Assembly: GCA_951406725.2 (NCBI GenBank)
Contig: OX597817.1
Coordinates: forward strand, 99,448,001 to 99,512,000
From: Octopus vulgaris
Lineage: Eukaryota
Direction: 5' to 3'
DNA length: 64,000 nucleotides
In this document: in pieces, positions 39,790 to 51,714 of the stretch
Layout: each line of letters opens with the position of its first letter
How positions within the stretch are numbered: position 1 is the first letter of the stretch
Notes under the pieces: generated by a model
What the model saw: the letters and a program-made list of their open reading frames with translations, nothing else
Database searches by the model: none
Told to the model about the DNA's origin: nothing
Made by a program: the position numbers and the translations under genes

Positions 39790-40620
39790 TCAAGGCTCAT
39801 GCCTTTTGACCCATCTTACTTCTGTGTGAAGCAATAGGGTTTTAAAATCTTCATCTTCACAGAATTGCATAAAAAATCTATTATTCACAGAGTTTGATTT
39901 GACAATGTTATTTGTATGTATGGAAGTGTTGAGTGCATTTTCCATGTGTCCTCCAATATTCTTAGCAACCACATGCTGTCTGTGGATAATGCAACGTATA
40001 TTTAAAATGTGAGGAGCAACTGATTTCATTCTAGAAACAAAGCCTTTCACTTTTCCAGTCATGGCTGCAGCTCCATATGATGCAGTGTTGATCAAATTAG
40101 TCGATGGAATATTTTTATCTTAAAATACTGCATTACTTCATTGAATATATCTTCTCCATTAGGTATTTCAAAAAAAACTTTTAATGAATAACATTTCTTC
40201 CCTTATATCATCTTCATGGTTGAATCTGACATAGACCAGAAGGATAACTTGGTTATGAATTGTGCTATCATCAACCTGGATAGAAAAATTGGTCGTTCGG
40301 AGAATTTCCAGAGTCTTCTTTCTCCTCAACAAAATTAGACATTTCATCCTGTCTTCTTGTAATTGTGTTATTTGAAAGTGGAATTGTACTCAGAGTAGGT
40401 TCAGCATCTTTTCCCAGAACCTCATTTGCACAAGCTATCATAGCAGGCTTGACAAGATTCTCACCTTAAATCTGAGGTGCTGCAACCTTGGCAATAATTT
40501 CAGAAACCAAATAACTTGGTTTGAGTATCTTTACTTTTTCAATATTTATCTTCTTTACAAAGTCAGGTAGTTTGATTAGCTGTATTTTTTTTTTATTCTC
40601 AAAATATTCCCGACCATTAC
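39790..40620 (-). pseudogene. hAT (Buster/Charlie, ZBED5/SCAND3-like) transposase relic
   Basis: FSIQVDDST, GAAAMTG..GF, CIIHRQHVVAK, LLLHTEVRW. Confidence 0.85.
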
Positions 40621-41479
40621 CAACAGATGATGGATGCCTTAATTTCTGGTGCTGACTCCAGCTTAACTTTCTTCATGGAATAATTTGTCATGATGGCATT
40701 ACATTCAAAGGATAGATTTGTGGTTGAAAGATTTGCTTCACACCCATGGGTTTCTGGGTTGTCTTTTACTGTAGTCTTAGGTTGATCAATGTCATGTGAG
40801 TCAAATTGGGAGAATGATTCTATGAAGAAGCCCGCAAGATGTGTTTGTGTGTATGTGTGTGTGTTCATTTACATGTTTACTGCTCTAGTATACTAGGCTA
40901 TCAAAGGTTACTTTCAATGAACAGGCATCGTTAAAATGGGACCCTGCCCTATGTTTGAAATTATCTCTAATATTGATAGGATCAATGAAAGACACCCAAA
41001 GACAGTGCCTGAGCATGGTCATAGCACACTGACTGAAATTAATAAAAGAAGAAACAATTCTAGGTTTCAAAACATTTTTTAATGATAAACATCCAAATGT
41101 AAAGACAATGTTAAATGACTTTTCTCAGTGTAAATGTATGCATACATGCATAAATGGAATTTCCTTCTAAGTAGAAGTTCACCCGAAACAAAAGTCATGG
41201 AAATTATTAGGATGAATATTCTTTGGGTGGGAGATCAGAATAAATAAAAGAATGCAAGTGAATGTGTCATGTAAAGTGGGATGGGTGGGTTGGTGAGGTG
41301 CACAGCTGCCTTCAGAAACAACAGTAAAAAATCTTTGGTTTCATAATGGTTGAATCATTCGCCCAAAACAATGAGACTTTTTATTTCTTTTTTAAGACAT
41401 GTAATAGTAGACATGTAGTGGGGGAATATTTATATTGATAGGAATCATTAATTGACAAGAAAATGATTATACATACACC

Positions 41480-41525
<46 letters not shown>

Positions 41526-41659
41526 AAATGAGAAAATGGAGAAATATATCCAAATCAATCATCAACCATCAGATAATACCGAATCAATACTTTATTAAAC
41601 CACTACACAATAGCAATGATATTATACATTAATATAGTGCAAATATAACAAGACGATAG

Positions 41660-43786
41660 TTGGTACCAAGTTCTATTCAAGTTGTCCTTAAGGACAACTG
41701 TCCTCGTCTTGTAAACAACTGTTCTTAGACAAAAGACTGACCTTTCATTGACCAGTGTTTACTCATCCATTCTTCTGGTGTGGAGGATTTCCCGCTCCTT
41801 GGTACAGAACAAGTTCATATATTCATTTCAGTCGTAGATACACAAGCGTTAAGTTTTATGATAGAGAATGGCACTTTGCAATTCATGTGAATTAACATTA
41901 CAGGATGGGATTCGCCGATTTACTAATGACATTGAGGCATTGGATTTTTTTCGAAAACATAATATCATTCCCCGCACAGTTGACTGCCCTAGATGCAATT
42001 TACCATGTACATTGCAAGGAAATACAAACATCTTCCGATGTGGAAGGACTGTTCGCCGTCGAAGGCAACGGCCAACACAATGTGGATATTCAATATCCCT
42101 ATACAGCAATACATTTTTGGGGAAGAGCCAGCTACCACCATGTCAAATCTTGTTATTTGTGAATTACTTCCTCATAGACGGTTGGTCGCACTCATTAGCC
42201 GTTGAAAATTTGAAAATTTCGTATTCGACCTCAATTGATTGGCGATCCTTCTGCTCCGAGGTTTGTCAACATTGGGTAGAGAATTACCGGGACCAAATCG
42301 GTGGACCAGGAGTTGAAGTGGAGATCGACGAATCTGTTATTGTAAGGAGGAAATACAATCGAGGAAGACTGACAAAAACTATCTGGCTCTTCGGTGGAAT
42401 CGAGCGGGTAGCCAAAAAGAAATTTTTGATACCTCTTTCATCTGAGTGTGGTGAAGAGGAAAGGCGAGATGCCGCCACACTGATCCCCTTAATTACCCGA
42501 TATATACGCCAAGGGTCGGTAGTATATAGTGATTCTTGGGGTGCTTATAACTCTTGGAAATATCGGGTATACTCACTTCCGCGTCAACCACAGCGAAAAC
42601 TTTGTGGATCCGACAAACGCGTCGGTGCACACGCAGACGATAGAGAGATTGTGGGGGTCAGTGAAGAAATCGGTTGTTCGCCCAGGCATTCGTGCCTGTT
42701 ACCTAAAACAATACATGGCGAAGTTCCTTTTTTGGACAGCATCAGACCTGCTGCCAAGAGAATACACGTATTCTTATTGGCAGCAGCAAGTCTTTATCCT
42801 GGCCCGCGATAATTTTTTCCTCCAAATGCAACCCATCTCATTTCTTTATCAACACTGTCGATGGACCACTCAAAGAGGTATGTATACATTATCATTTTCG
42901 TAACATAATTTCTGTAGTATTTCAAGATGTTTCTGACACGTATTTTGATTCACATGGCAGAGATCCAACATTTCTTCACTTTTTCCAGAATTTCTTCTCT
43001 TTATTTTTTTTTTTTTTTTGCAAATATGTACAAAAATACGGAGTTTATGATTCATGTATGAATTTCCGAAGCCTCTCCCCCACCCCCCTTTCGCGAGCGC
43101 GCATTTTTTTTGTCCTATTCGTTTAGAGCAATTTTTTTACACCTATTACGCTGTTTTTGTTTTTGTTTTGTGCCCGGTTCAGACGCTTTCGGAAATTCCC
43201 GACATAAATTTTCCGAGGCCTCTCCCCCACCCCTCTTTCGCGAGAGCGCATTTTTTTTTTCATATTCGTTTAGAGCAAGTTGTTTTACACATATTACACT
43301 ATTTTTTTTTGTTTTGGTGCCCGGGTCAGCCCCTCAGCCCCTCAGACGCCCTATATTAACCGATATTTATGCGTATGAATCTTTTTCTTTTTATTTTGTT
43401 TCAAATATAATTCTAGGGAACTGAAAAACTGTGTACGACGCCAAGCGAATTTAGTTGTTTACGAAAAGCGGATATTTACACGCTGGCTACGAGTAATAAA
43501 AAATTTCAGTTGTGTTTACATTTCACATCAAATGTGTTTACTACGTCACCAAATTGGTAGTCACGTCTATTGAGACGGAGTAAATAATATCAAGCCGAAA
43601 GATAGAATACTATTGGTTAAAATTCTAATTATTAAACAATGTTAAACTTAGAAGTTACAATTCCGTTTTCATTCTGGTTTACAATTAAGTTTACTTTTGA
43701 CACATTCTACCAGTATACGAAGTTTCAAATTGTTTGGTTCAGTAGGAAAAATTTGAAAAAATTGGCTTCGAAAATGAAAAGATCCC
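41660..43786 (+). mobile_element. Probable Merlin element; right TIR ends ...AAAAGATCC
   Basis: 43600-43786 is homologous to the TIR of MITE 6510-7792; tandem ~150-bp subterminal repeats at 43058-43330. A matching left TIR was not found. Confidence 0.55.
41868..42812 (+). pseudogene. Merlin (ISXO2/IS1595-related) DDE transposase, frameshifted
   Basis: N-terminal CPRC..C..C zinc ribbon, IGGPGVEVEIDES, RKYNRGR, WLFGGIER, SDSWGAY; then in another frame HFRVNHSENFVDP..HTQTIERLW. Confidence 0.92.
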
Positions 43787-44316
43787 ACCAATCTTCTCCT
43801 CTTGGTTCTGTCTCACTGTATCATATCATTACTATCCGCTTTGCCTCCGACCTGTGTGTTCCATCCACATGTGACAAGAAAACTTTTCACACACCATACA
43901 CCAAAAAAAAAAACAATCTATAACTCTACTTTCCTTCTCTTCCTCACATTTCCTCCTTCATACACTATGCCTACCTCTCACTCCCCAATCCTGTCCTCAC
44001 AGCCCTGTTTCTCTGTATCATTGCTATCCAGCAGCCACCGACCCAACCCACTCTATATATACCTATGTTTTCACCACCCATTTCCCCACCCCTCCACACT
44101 CTTTAATCCCACTCCTTTCATAATATTTTGCCACTTGGTATCATTGCTATCCAGGTGTCTTCCTTCACTCAGATTTTCACAACTCACTTTCCCATCCCTC
44201 CACACTCTATAATCCCACTCGTGAATTCGTATTTCCCTCCAGAATCCCACCATGTGAGTCACAAAAATAGTACTGCCAAAAGAAGATTTGTAGTTTTGTC
44301 ATAGATAAAAATAGTC

Positions 44317-44869
44317 AGTACAGATATAGGGTGAAATATAATTAATTCAATAAAACCAACAAATTTCACCTAGTAGTATTTTGGAGTAGATTCTAGTAGA
44401 TTCTGGAGGGAAATACGAATTCACTTGTGGATATGCTAGTTGACTTTTGTATTTTTCGATGTTGCTTGGTCGAAAATATAAGAGGTAAGTTTTCCTAGCA
44501 TTTCTAGATTTATGAGGAGTATTATGTTGATAGAGGAAATGAACCTTACGATTCTAATCCAGAAACGTACGTCCATAATTAATCCGAAGACTGTGTGATT
44601 TCGGTGTTTTTCTTCTTTTTCTGCCATATGTGAGTTACAAACATTGTTGTCTGTGGAGACTTCATTTGTAGTAAAAGGAAATAGTAGCCCTTTGGCTGCT
44701 ATTTCTAATATTTTCGGTATGTGGTTTAAGCAACTTGTTGCAAAAAACCCTTATTATTATAATTATATAAATTGTTACCGAATATGGTCCTTTTCCATAC
44801 AGAAATACTACTAGGTGAAATTTGTTGATTTTATTAAATTAATTATATTTCACCCTATATCTGTATTGA
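44317..44869. mobile_element. ORF-less module with inverted ends and a central hammerhead-like motif (PLE pLTR-derived)
   Basis: 44317-44382 is inverted to 44803-44869; 44213-44245 is inverted to 44400-44433; ends at (TA)n. Confidence 0.6.
44521..44579 (+). ncRNA. Hammerhead-like motif, variant core
   Basis: AUUAUG-UUGAUAGA-GGA..UCC(A)-GAAA-CGUACG-UC-CAUAAU. Confidence 0.6.
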
Positions 44870-45041
44870 ATATATATATATATATATATAAAGTTAATTA
44901 ATAGGCGCTCAGGAAATGGAAGCAGGGAATGGAAGCATATAAAGTTAATCCAAACAAGAAAGCACAAAAAAACACAACAACGCGAGGACGTGGAACAAAT
45001 ATAGTATTATTGGACGCTCATGAAAGAAGGAAAGAAGGAGG

Positions 45042-45076
45042 GTTTAACGTTTCGAGCGGATCTCTTCGTCGGAAAC
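45042..45076 (-). ncRNA. Minimal hammerhead-like motif in a solo Neptune-type pLTR (44890-45142)
   Basis: GUUU-CCGACGA-A-GAG-AUCCG-CUC-GAAA-CG-UU-AAAC; context resembles 59440-59640. Confidence 0.6.
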
Positions 45077-45292
45077 ATAGGAAAAAGAAAGATCCAGAGA
45101 AGGGAAGACAGAGGGAAAAATCGCCAACGGCGCACACGCGGTCATATATATATGTATGTATACGTGTGTACATGTTCACACATGTTCACGCATACACACA
45201 TCCGCGTACACATACATACATACGTATACACACATCTATATATACATATATCTATAAGCACATATACATATATATATATATATACATACATA

Positions 45293-47011
45293 CTAGCATT
45301 ATAACCCGGCAACGCCGGGTCATAGTGCTAGTGCATATATATATGTTTACATATTACATGTACATATATATATACATCTACGCGTAAAATACAAAGTTAT
45401 ATCTTGATATAGCTAGTGATAACAATACTCAAAATATATAACAGACTGGAATTGTAGGCCCGTCTCTTGCAATTTCGATCAATTGTATATTGTCCTCCCT
45501 CTTGTATAGAAGTGTGGCTACAATCCAGCCTATCTCTACTTCTGGTGGGAGGACATTCTTAATTTTTATCCGGGATGTCCTACGTCCCAGATATAAAGGT
45601 AAAAATAAAATATTTCCACTTTGCAAGGTTCGAGTCGAGTACTTCCTTTGATGCTCTGTTGACTCGAACCTTGCTTCTTTTGTGGCGAATTTACCGCCTC
45701 TGATTAGATACTTGATATCTTTCATAGTTGCACCAAGACACTTTTCAATGGTGCTTTCCTCCAGGTGATCAAATCGTTTTTTTTTCTCTACATTGTATAC
45801 TTTATAGGCAATAGTCTTTTCTTTAATTTAATTTTTTATTTCGTTTGGTGGTGTTATTCTAGATTCACCGTCTTTGTCGGTGATCAATCCGAAATAGGTT
45901 TGTATTTCTTCCATTTTAATTTTAATGAGTTCGCCGCCCGCCGACGGCTACAGCGAAATTCATTTTTGGACTTTCTTCCATCGAAGACATTTTAACAAAA
46001 ATGCTTCCGTGTAAACGGTGAAAATATTGTCAATTTCCCCAAACAGGGACACAATTCAATTTTTAAACAATAACCAAAGCTCCTTCTCTAAAAGGGGGAG
46101 GGTTACGGTTTACAATTATTTAACAAATGCAACACAACAACGCTTCTCTTACGAGGAACCAGCAAACGTGATAACAATAGTAAAACAGTAATAATAATAA
46201 CAACAAACCTTACGGTAAACCAAAATGCAGTACTCTGTTGAAGCTATAGGCCTTTATGGATCAGAAATAAACCAACAGCGGTACTCAGTAGAAGCATCTT
46301 TCGAGAAAACAGACATTACATACAGCCAAACTTCATATAGATACTTAATGTTAGCTAATTAGCAAATAATCTAATGTAAAAGCCGTGCACACCTCCATCT
46401 GGACTATTCCATTTCTGCACTTAAATTTTATTTTTTATTTATTCCCATTCATGTGAAACCACTGATTCAAGTTCAAGTCATTGATGCAATTTTATACCAA
46501 TAGCTATTTTTACTTTTGTTATGTTACGATTATATTAAACTTTAGTTTGATTTTAATTATTACTTACTACATATAATTCAATTGTTATTATTATTTTTAT
46601 TGTTAAAGTGAAAGCATCTGACATAAAATAGAGAAATGTTTTTGTTTCACTTTTAACACGTAATACTGAAATAGTGGAGAAGATATGATATTGCTATGGG
46701 CTCGCTCTGGGCAAGAAGTTGAACATTTTTTTTTGCCCATGAAACTACATGGACCCTAAGTAAGGCATGTGTAAAGTTTGAATGAAATTGGTCGTGTAGT
46801 TCTCAAGTTTTAGGGAATCGTAGTGGAGAAGATATGATATTGCTGTGGGCTCGCCCTAGGCAAAAAGTTAAACATTTTTTTGCCGATGACACTCCCCGGA
46901 CCCTAAGTAAAGCATGTGTAAAATTTGAATGAAATTGGTTGTGTAGTTCTCAAGTTTTAGGGAAACACACAGACAGACAGACACACATTCTCAGTTTTAT
47001 ATATATAGAGA
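45293..47011 (-). mobile_element. Non-autonomous Helitron
   Basis: Minus-strand 5' TCTCTATATATATAAAA; 3' GC hairpin + CTAG|T; two ~147-bp tandem units at 46673-46963. Confidence 0.7.
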
Positions 47012-47122
47012 TATGCATATATACATCCACATACATATACATACACACATATATATATGCGCACACATACTCACACATATACATACACACACATACATAT
47101 GCACATATACATACACATACAC

Positions 47123-47177
<55 letters not shown>

Positions 47178-47730
47178 CATATATACAGATACCCCTACAT
47201 ATATACACATACAAATGTACACCTATACATACCTAACGCATATATACATACAAATATACTACATATACATGCACACATATGTACATATCCACATACCTAT
47301 ACATTCTCGAATCTACAAGCCCACACGTGTATATATAAATATATATATATGCATACACATACACATACATACATACATACATATATATATATATACACAC
47401 ACATACATATGCATACACATATATATGTACACATCAACACATACACACACACATATGCATACACTTATATATACCTACATATACACATATCTAAACACAT
47501 ATGTACATCCCCAAATACTCATACATAAAATACATAAAAATAAACATATATACACACACACATATGCACACACAGGTACATACATACACACACACATACA
47601 TACACATACATATGCCCTCACACACATACCCATATATACGCACATACACACACACACACACACACACATATACATATATACATGTGTGTGAGTGTGTGTA
47701 CACTTCCACTCGTTCACGCATGCATACGTG
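47012..47730. repeat. (CA/TA)n low-complexity tract
   Basis: Directly visible. Confidence 0.95.
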
Positions 47731-48214
47731 TAAATTTCAAAATGTATAGATTTTCATACCTATACGCCGGAGGATTCATTCATACACACACGCAAAAGCA
47801 TCACACCTTCTAAATATCTATCTTGATTTTGGGGATGTAACAGTTTTAATTAATTAGCAAGTTAATAATTAAATGTAAGGATAAAATAAACGGTAAAATT
47901 AGAGAAAAGTAAAAAATACAGTAAAATTAGAGAGAAAAAAATTAGAGAGAAAGAAAAAAATGAATGACTAAATAAATAGAATAAAAAAAAGTAAACAAAA
48001 AAGTAAAAATAAAAGTAAAAGTAAAATCAGGAAAATCCCAGAAAAGATAGGAAAAAGATGGGGAAAAAATAAGAAGAAAAAGGAAAATAGGAAAACATAG
48101 GAAAGAAATAGGAAAGGAAAAAAATAAGAGAAAAATCATAAGAAAAATAAGAAAGGTGAGAAAGATACATTAAATAAGAAAACTTAAGAAAAAGCACAAC
48201 ATCAAAGTACAAAA

Positions 48215-48771
48215 GCAGAGATTATAATGGAAAAAATAATCGAAAGATACTGGAGATAACAATATTGTAAATGGCTATGAAGATATTACAGTGGAGAATT
48301 AAGGATTATGAAATTTAAGCCTTATAATATTTGAAACTTTTAGTTAATTTATGCATACATGATGGTTTAAATTCAGATCTTTTATTAATTAGTTTGTTTT
48401 TATCTTTGAATTTAATGACTTTTAGAAGTTCTACGCAACATAGCTGGCATCCTGTTCTATTATTTTTATAAGACGCAGCTGATCCGATAATGGACCATCT
48501 AAGGTTAAATTTGATATTATTGTCCTTAAGTTCCCAAATTTTTCTAGTCTTGTGTTTGAGCCTAAAAATTTTTAGGCTTAAAGGCTCAAACACAAGGCTA
48601 GTAGTTCATCTTTATCAAGAAAAAATTGGGAACTTAAGGACAATAATATTGAATTTAACCTTAGATGGTCCTAAAACTTGAGCCTAAAATATCTGTAATA
48701 TCTTCATAGCCATTTACAATATTGTTATCTCCAGTATCTTTCGATTATTTTTTCCATTATAATCTCTGCTT
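48215..48771. mobile_element. Nested fold-back PLE 3' fragment (GIY-YIG tail on the minus strand, 48315-48545)
   Basis: IWELKDNNIKFNLRWSII..CQLC..LINKRSE..CMH; three nested inverted repeats. Confidence 0.8.
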
Positions 48772-49384
48772 CTGCACCAGACTCCAATCTGACGTGGCAG
48801 AGTTTCTACAGCTGGATACCCTTCCTAACACCAACCACTCCGAGAGTGTAGTGGGTGCTTTTAAGTGTCACCGGTAAGAGGGGCAGTCTGGAAGTACTGG
48901 CAACAGCCACTCTCAAATGGTATATTTTTATGTGCCACCTGCACAGGAGTCAGTCCAGCAGCACTGACAACGACCTCGCTCAAATGCTTTGTTCACGTGC
49001 CAGTAAGGTGACGCTGGTAATGATCACGTTCAAATGGTGGTTTTTACATGCCACTGGCACGGAAGCCAGATGGCTGCTCTGGCAGTGATCCCGCTTGGAT
49101 GAAGCTGTTAGCGCTCCATTGGCATGGGTGCCAGTCGTCGAACTTGGTTCAATTTCGATTTCACTTGCCTCAACAGGTCTTCACAAGCAGAGTTTTGTGT
49201 CAAAAGAAGGAAAGGTACGCATAAGTGGGCTGGCTACACCCTTGGTAAAGGCCACGGGTTATGGTCTCACTTGTCTTGCCAGGTCTTCTCACACACAGCA
49301 TAGCATTTAATTGAAAACATTTTGTAATGTATGATAGACACAGGTTTCAGACAGTTTCTTTTTGGATGGAAGTATCATCATATA
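48772..49384 (-). repeat. Inverted near-identical duplicate of 32581-33193
   Basis: Includes ~75 bp of non-RTE flank sequence. Confidence 0.9.
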
Positions 49385-49449
49385 TGTGTAGGTATATGTA
49401 TGTGTATATATATACATATATATATATATACGTATATACATATATATCT

Positions 49450-51116
49450 CCAGGGAGGAGACTAATGTGATATTGACTGCTAGGAAATCTTTCATCCAGT
49501 TCGATAGCAAGTTGTGGGTCGGTAGAGATACTCCTAATGCGTTTGATGTACTAATGGGAAGTACAGACAGCGCCCAGATAGCCGATTTGGTCGAAATTTA
49601 TATTCTTTATGAAATGGCCGACCAGTTCCCGACGATTGTCTGCTTTACCTCCAAAACGTTTCGAATCAAAAAATACAGAAGGTTAAGAACAGATTAGTTA
49701 GGTTTTTTAGTAGAATGGGCTTTCGCATCGTTTTTGACGATGAATTAACTAAAGCCAACTTCTTAGACATTACCCTCAATCTGCAGAATAACTCATACTT
49801 CCCTTATCATAAACCTTCCACAAATCTTAAGTATATTAGCATTTACAGTAATCATGCCAGGCCAGTTACCGATAATTTAGTCAAAAACATATCCTTGAGA
49901 CTGTCTAAATTATCTGCCAATGTCGACATCTTTAACCAAAAGGCTGACTTCTATAACGCCGCCTTGTTAAAAGCCGGTTATAAGGAGAAAATGTCATACA
50001 TCGATTCAGCTCATTCTAAACCAGCATCTGCTTCTCCAGATAGAAAAGTTACTCGTAATAGGAATAGTGATTTCAATTCTAATAGTGTCTTTACGGACTA
50101 GGGGAGGTAAGCGCCATTCAACCCCAAATTTCCAACCCAGAAATTTTCCCCTTACTTTCACAAATAACACTAAGTACAATTCAAAGGCCACAAAAAACTG
50201 TATCTGGTTCGTAATACCTTTCGGAAAACAAATTAAATCGAACCTTCCCTTGCAGTTCCGTGAAGCCGTTGTTAGGAACTTTCCCAGAAATTCTAGATAT
50301 CATTCTAATATCAATTCCCACATAGTTAGAAACGCTTTCTCTAACACTAGAAATCTTTCACAAATTATATCTTCTCACAATACCAAGCTGTTAAACAAAG
50401 GTTCTTCACCCGGGAGTTCCAACACTAATCTTGCTAATTCCAACCCATCATACAATCATAATAATAGGAATAGCATTGGCAGCAGCGATAGTGTTAACAA
50501 TGATAATATTAATAATAGTATTAGTCGTGTTAATAACAATGGTAATATTGATGGTAATAACAATAACGGTATTATTGTCGGTGGTATTACTGGTTGTATT
50601 ACCATTAATAATACTAATAATAATAGAAATAGTGTAGTTGTTGGCGCTAATAATAATAGTAACAACAATCATAGCAATAAAAACTTCGTTTCGATCTCGG
50701 AGGACAACCCCAACAGAAGTAAATTTTTGTCTAGTAATTCTAAGATTAAGAATTCTATTTACCAGTGTAGAATTTCTTCCGGTACCGATGTCTTCTTCTA
50801 TATAGGAGCGTCCACTTCCCAGTTATCTAAAAGAATTTCAAACCATTATTCAACATTCAGGGATAGTAAAAAACGACATAGTACAGGGCTAAGTAAATTA
50901 GTTTGGCGTCTTAAAGACAACAATACAAATTTCAAGTTAGATTGGTTCATACTGACTGTATCCTTTCCTTTTGATAAGGGCAGGAGATTTTGTAACATTT
51001 GCAACTCTGAACTCTTCCATATTCTCTTCTCTAAGGTTCCCCTTGTAAACACACTCATAGAAAAATCATACAAATGTAAACACTGGCAGAAACATACTTT
51101 CTACTCATATAAATGA
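49450..51116 (+). pseudogene. 5'-truncated Penelope-like element (RT C-half, Asn-rich linker, GIY-YIG), frameshifted
   Basis: MGSTDSAQIADLV, NFLDITL, YISIYSNH, YNAALLKAGY, SIYQC..FYIG..RISNH..CNIC. Confidence 0.88.
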
Positions 51117-51640
51117 TAACGATAGTCACTGTGGTTTGAACAATTAGCTTAACGTGCACTCCACTTCAATAGCGAAATTCTTTCCTAAGCCTTCGAACAT
51201 TCTTTCAATCAACGTACCCTTCCCTCTCCATTTGTTCCCTACCTATTATTCCTTTAACCCTTCTCTTCCTACTATCTATCTTTGACGTCAATTCTTCTAA
51301 CGGTTTTTTTAAAACACTCATTATCGTTTGTAAGCAGTCATCGAAATTTTTGCTTGTCTTGTTGTCAATGAGAAGATTGCCTAATGCACCCTTTATTCCT
51401 TTGGAATGAAACCATGTTGTCTTCGAAACATATGTCGAGAGTAAAGGAATTTTGTTAACATCTTCGTTCGACTCCATTCTTTCATTTATTCATATACAAC
51501 ACACAAATTTCTGCACATGAACCCGGAGTTTCTACCCTTGGACAGGTCGCTTCATCCGTGTTTCTGACGTGAATTTGCTACCCTCGTTTCGGTTCAACGA
51601 ATTTTCCACGCTGACGATAAACATAGGATAATTCATTCCC

Positions 51641-51713
<73 letters not shown>

Positions 51714-51714
<1 letters not shown>

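Noticed and set aside
41868-42812. Bacterial IS1595/ISXO2 contamination or horizontal transfer
   Set aside because: It is embedded in eukaryotic repeats, and the motifs fit the eukaryotic Merlin superfamily.
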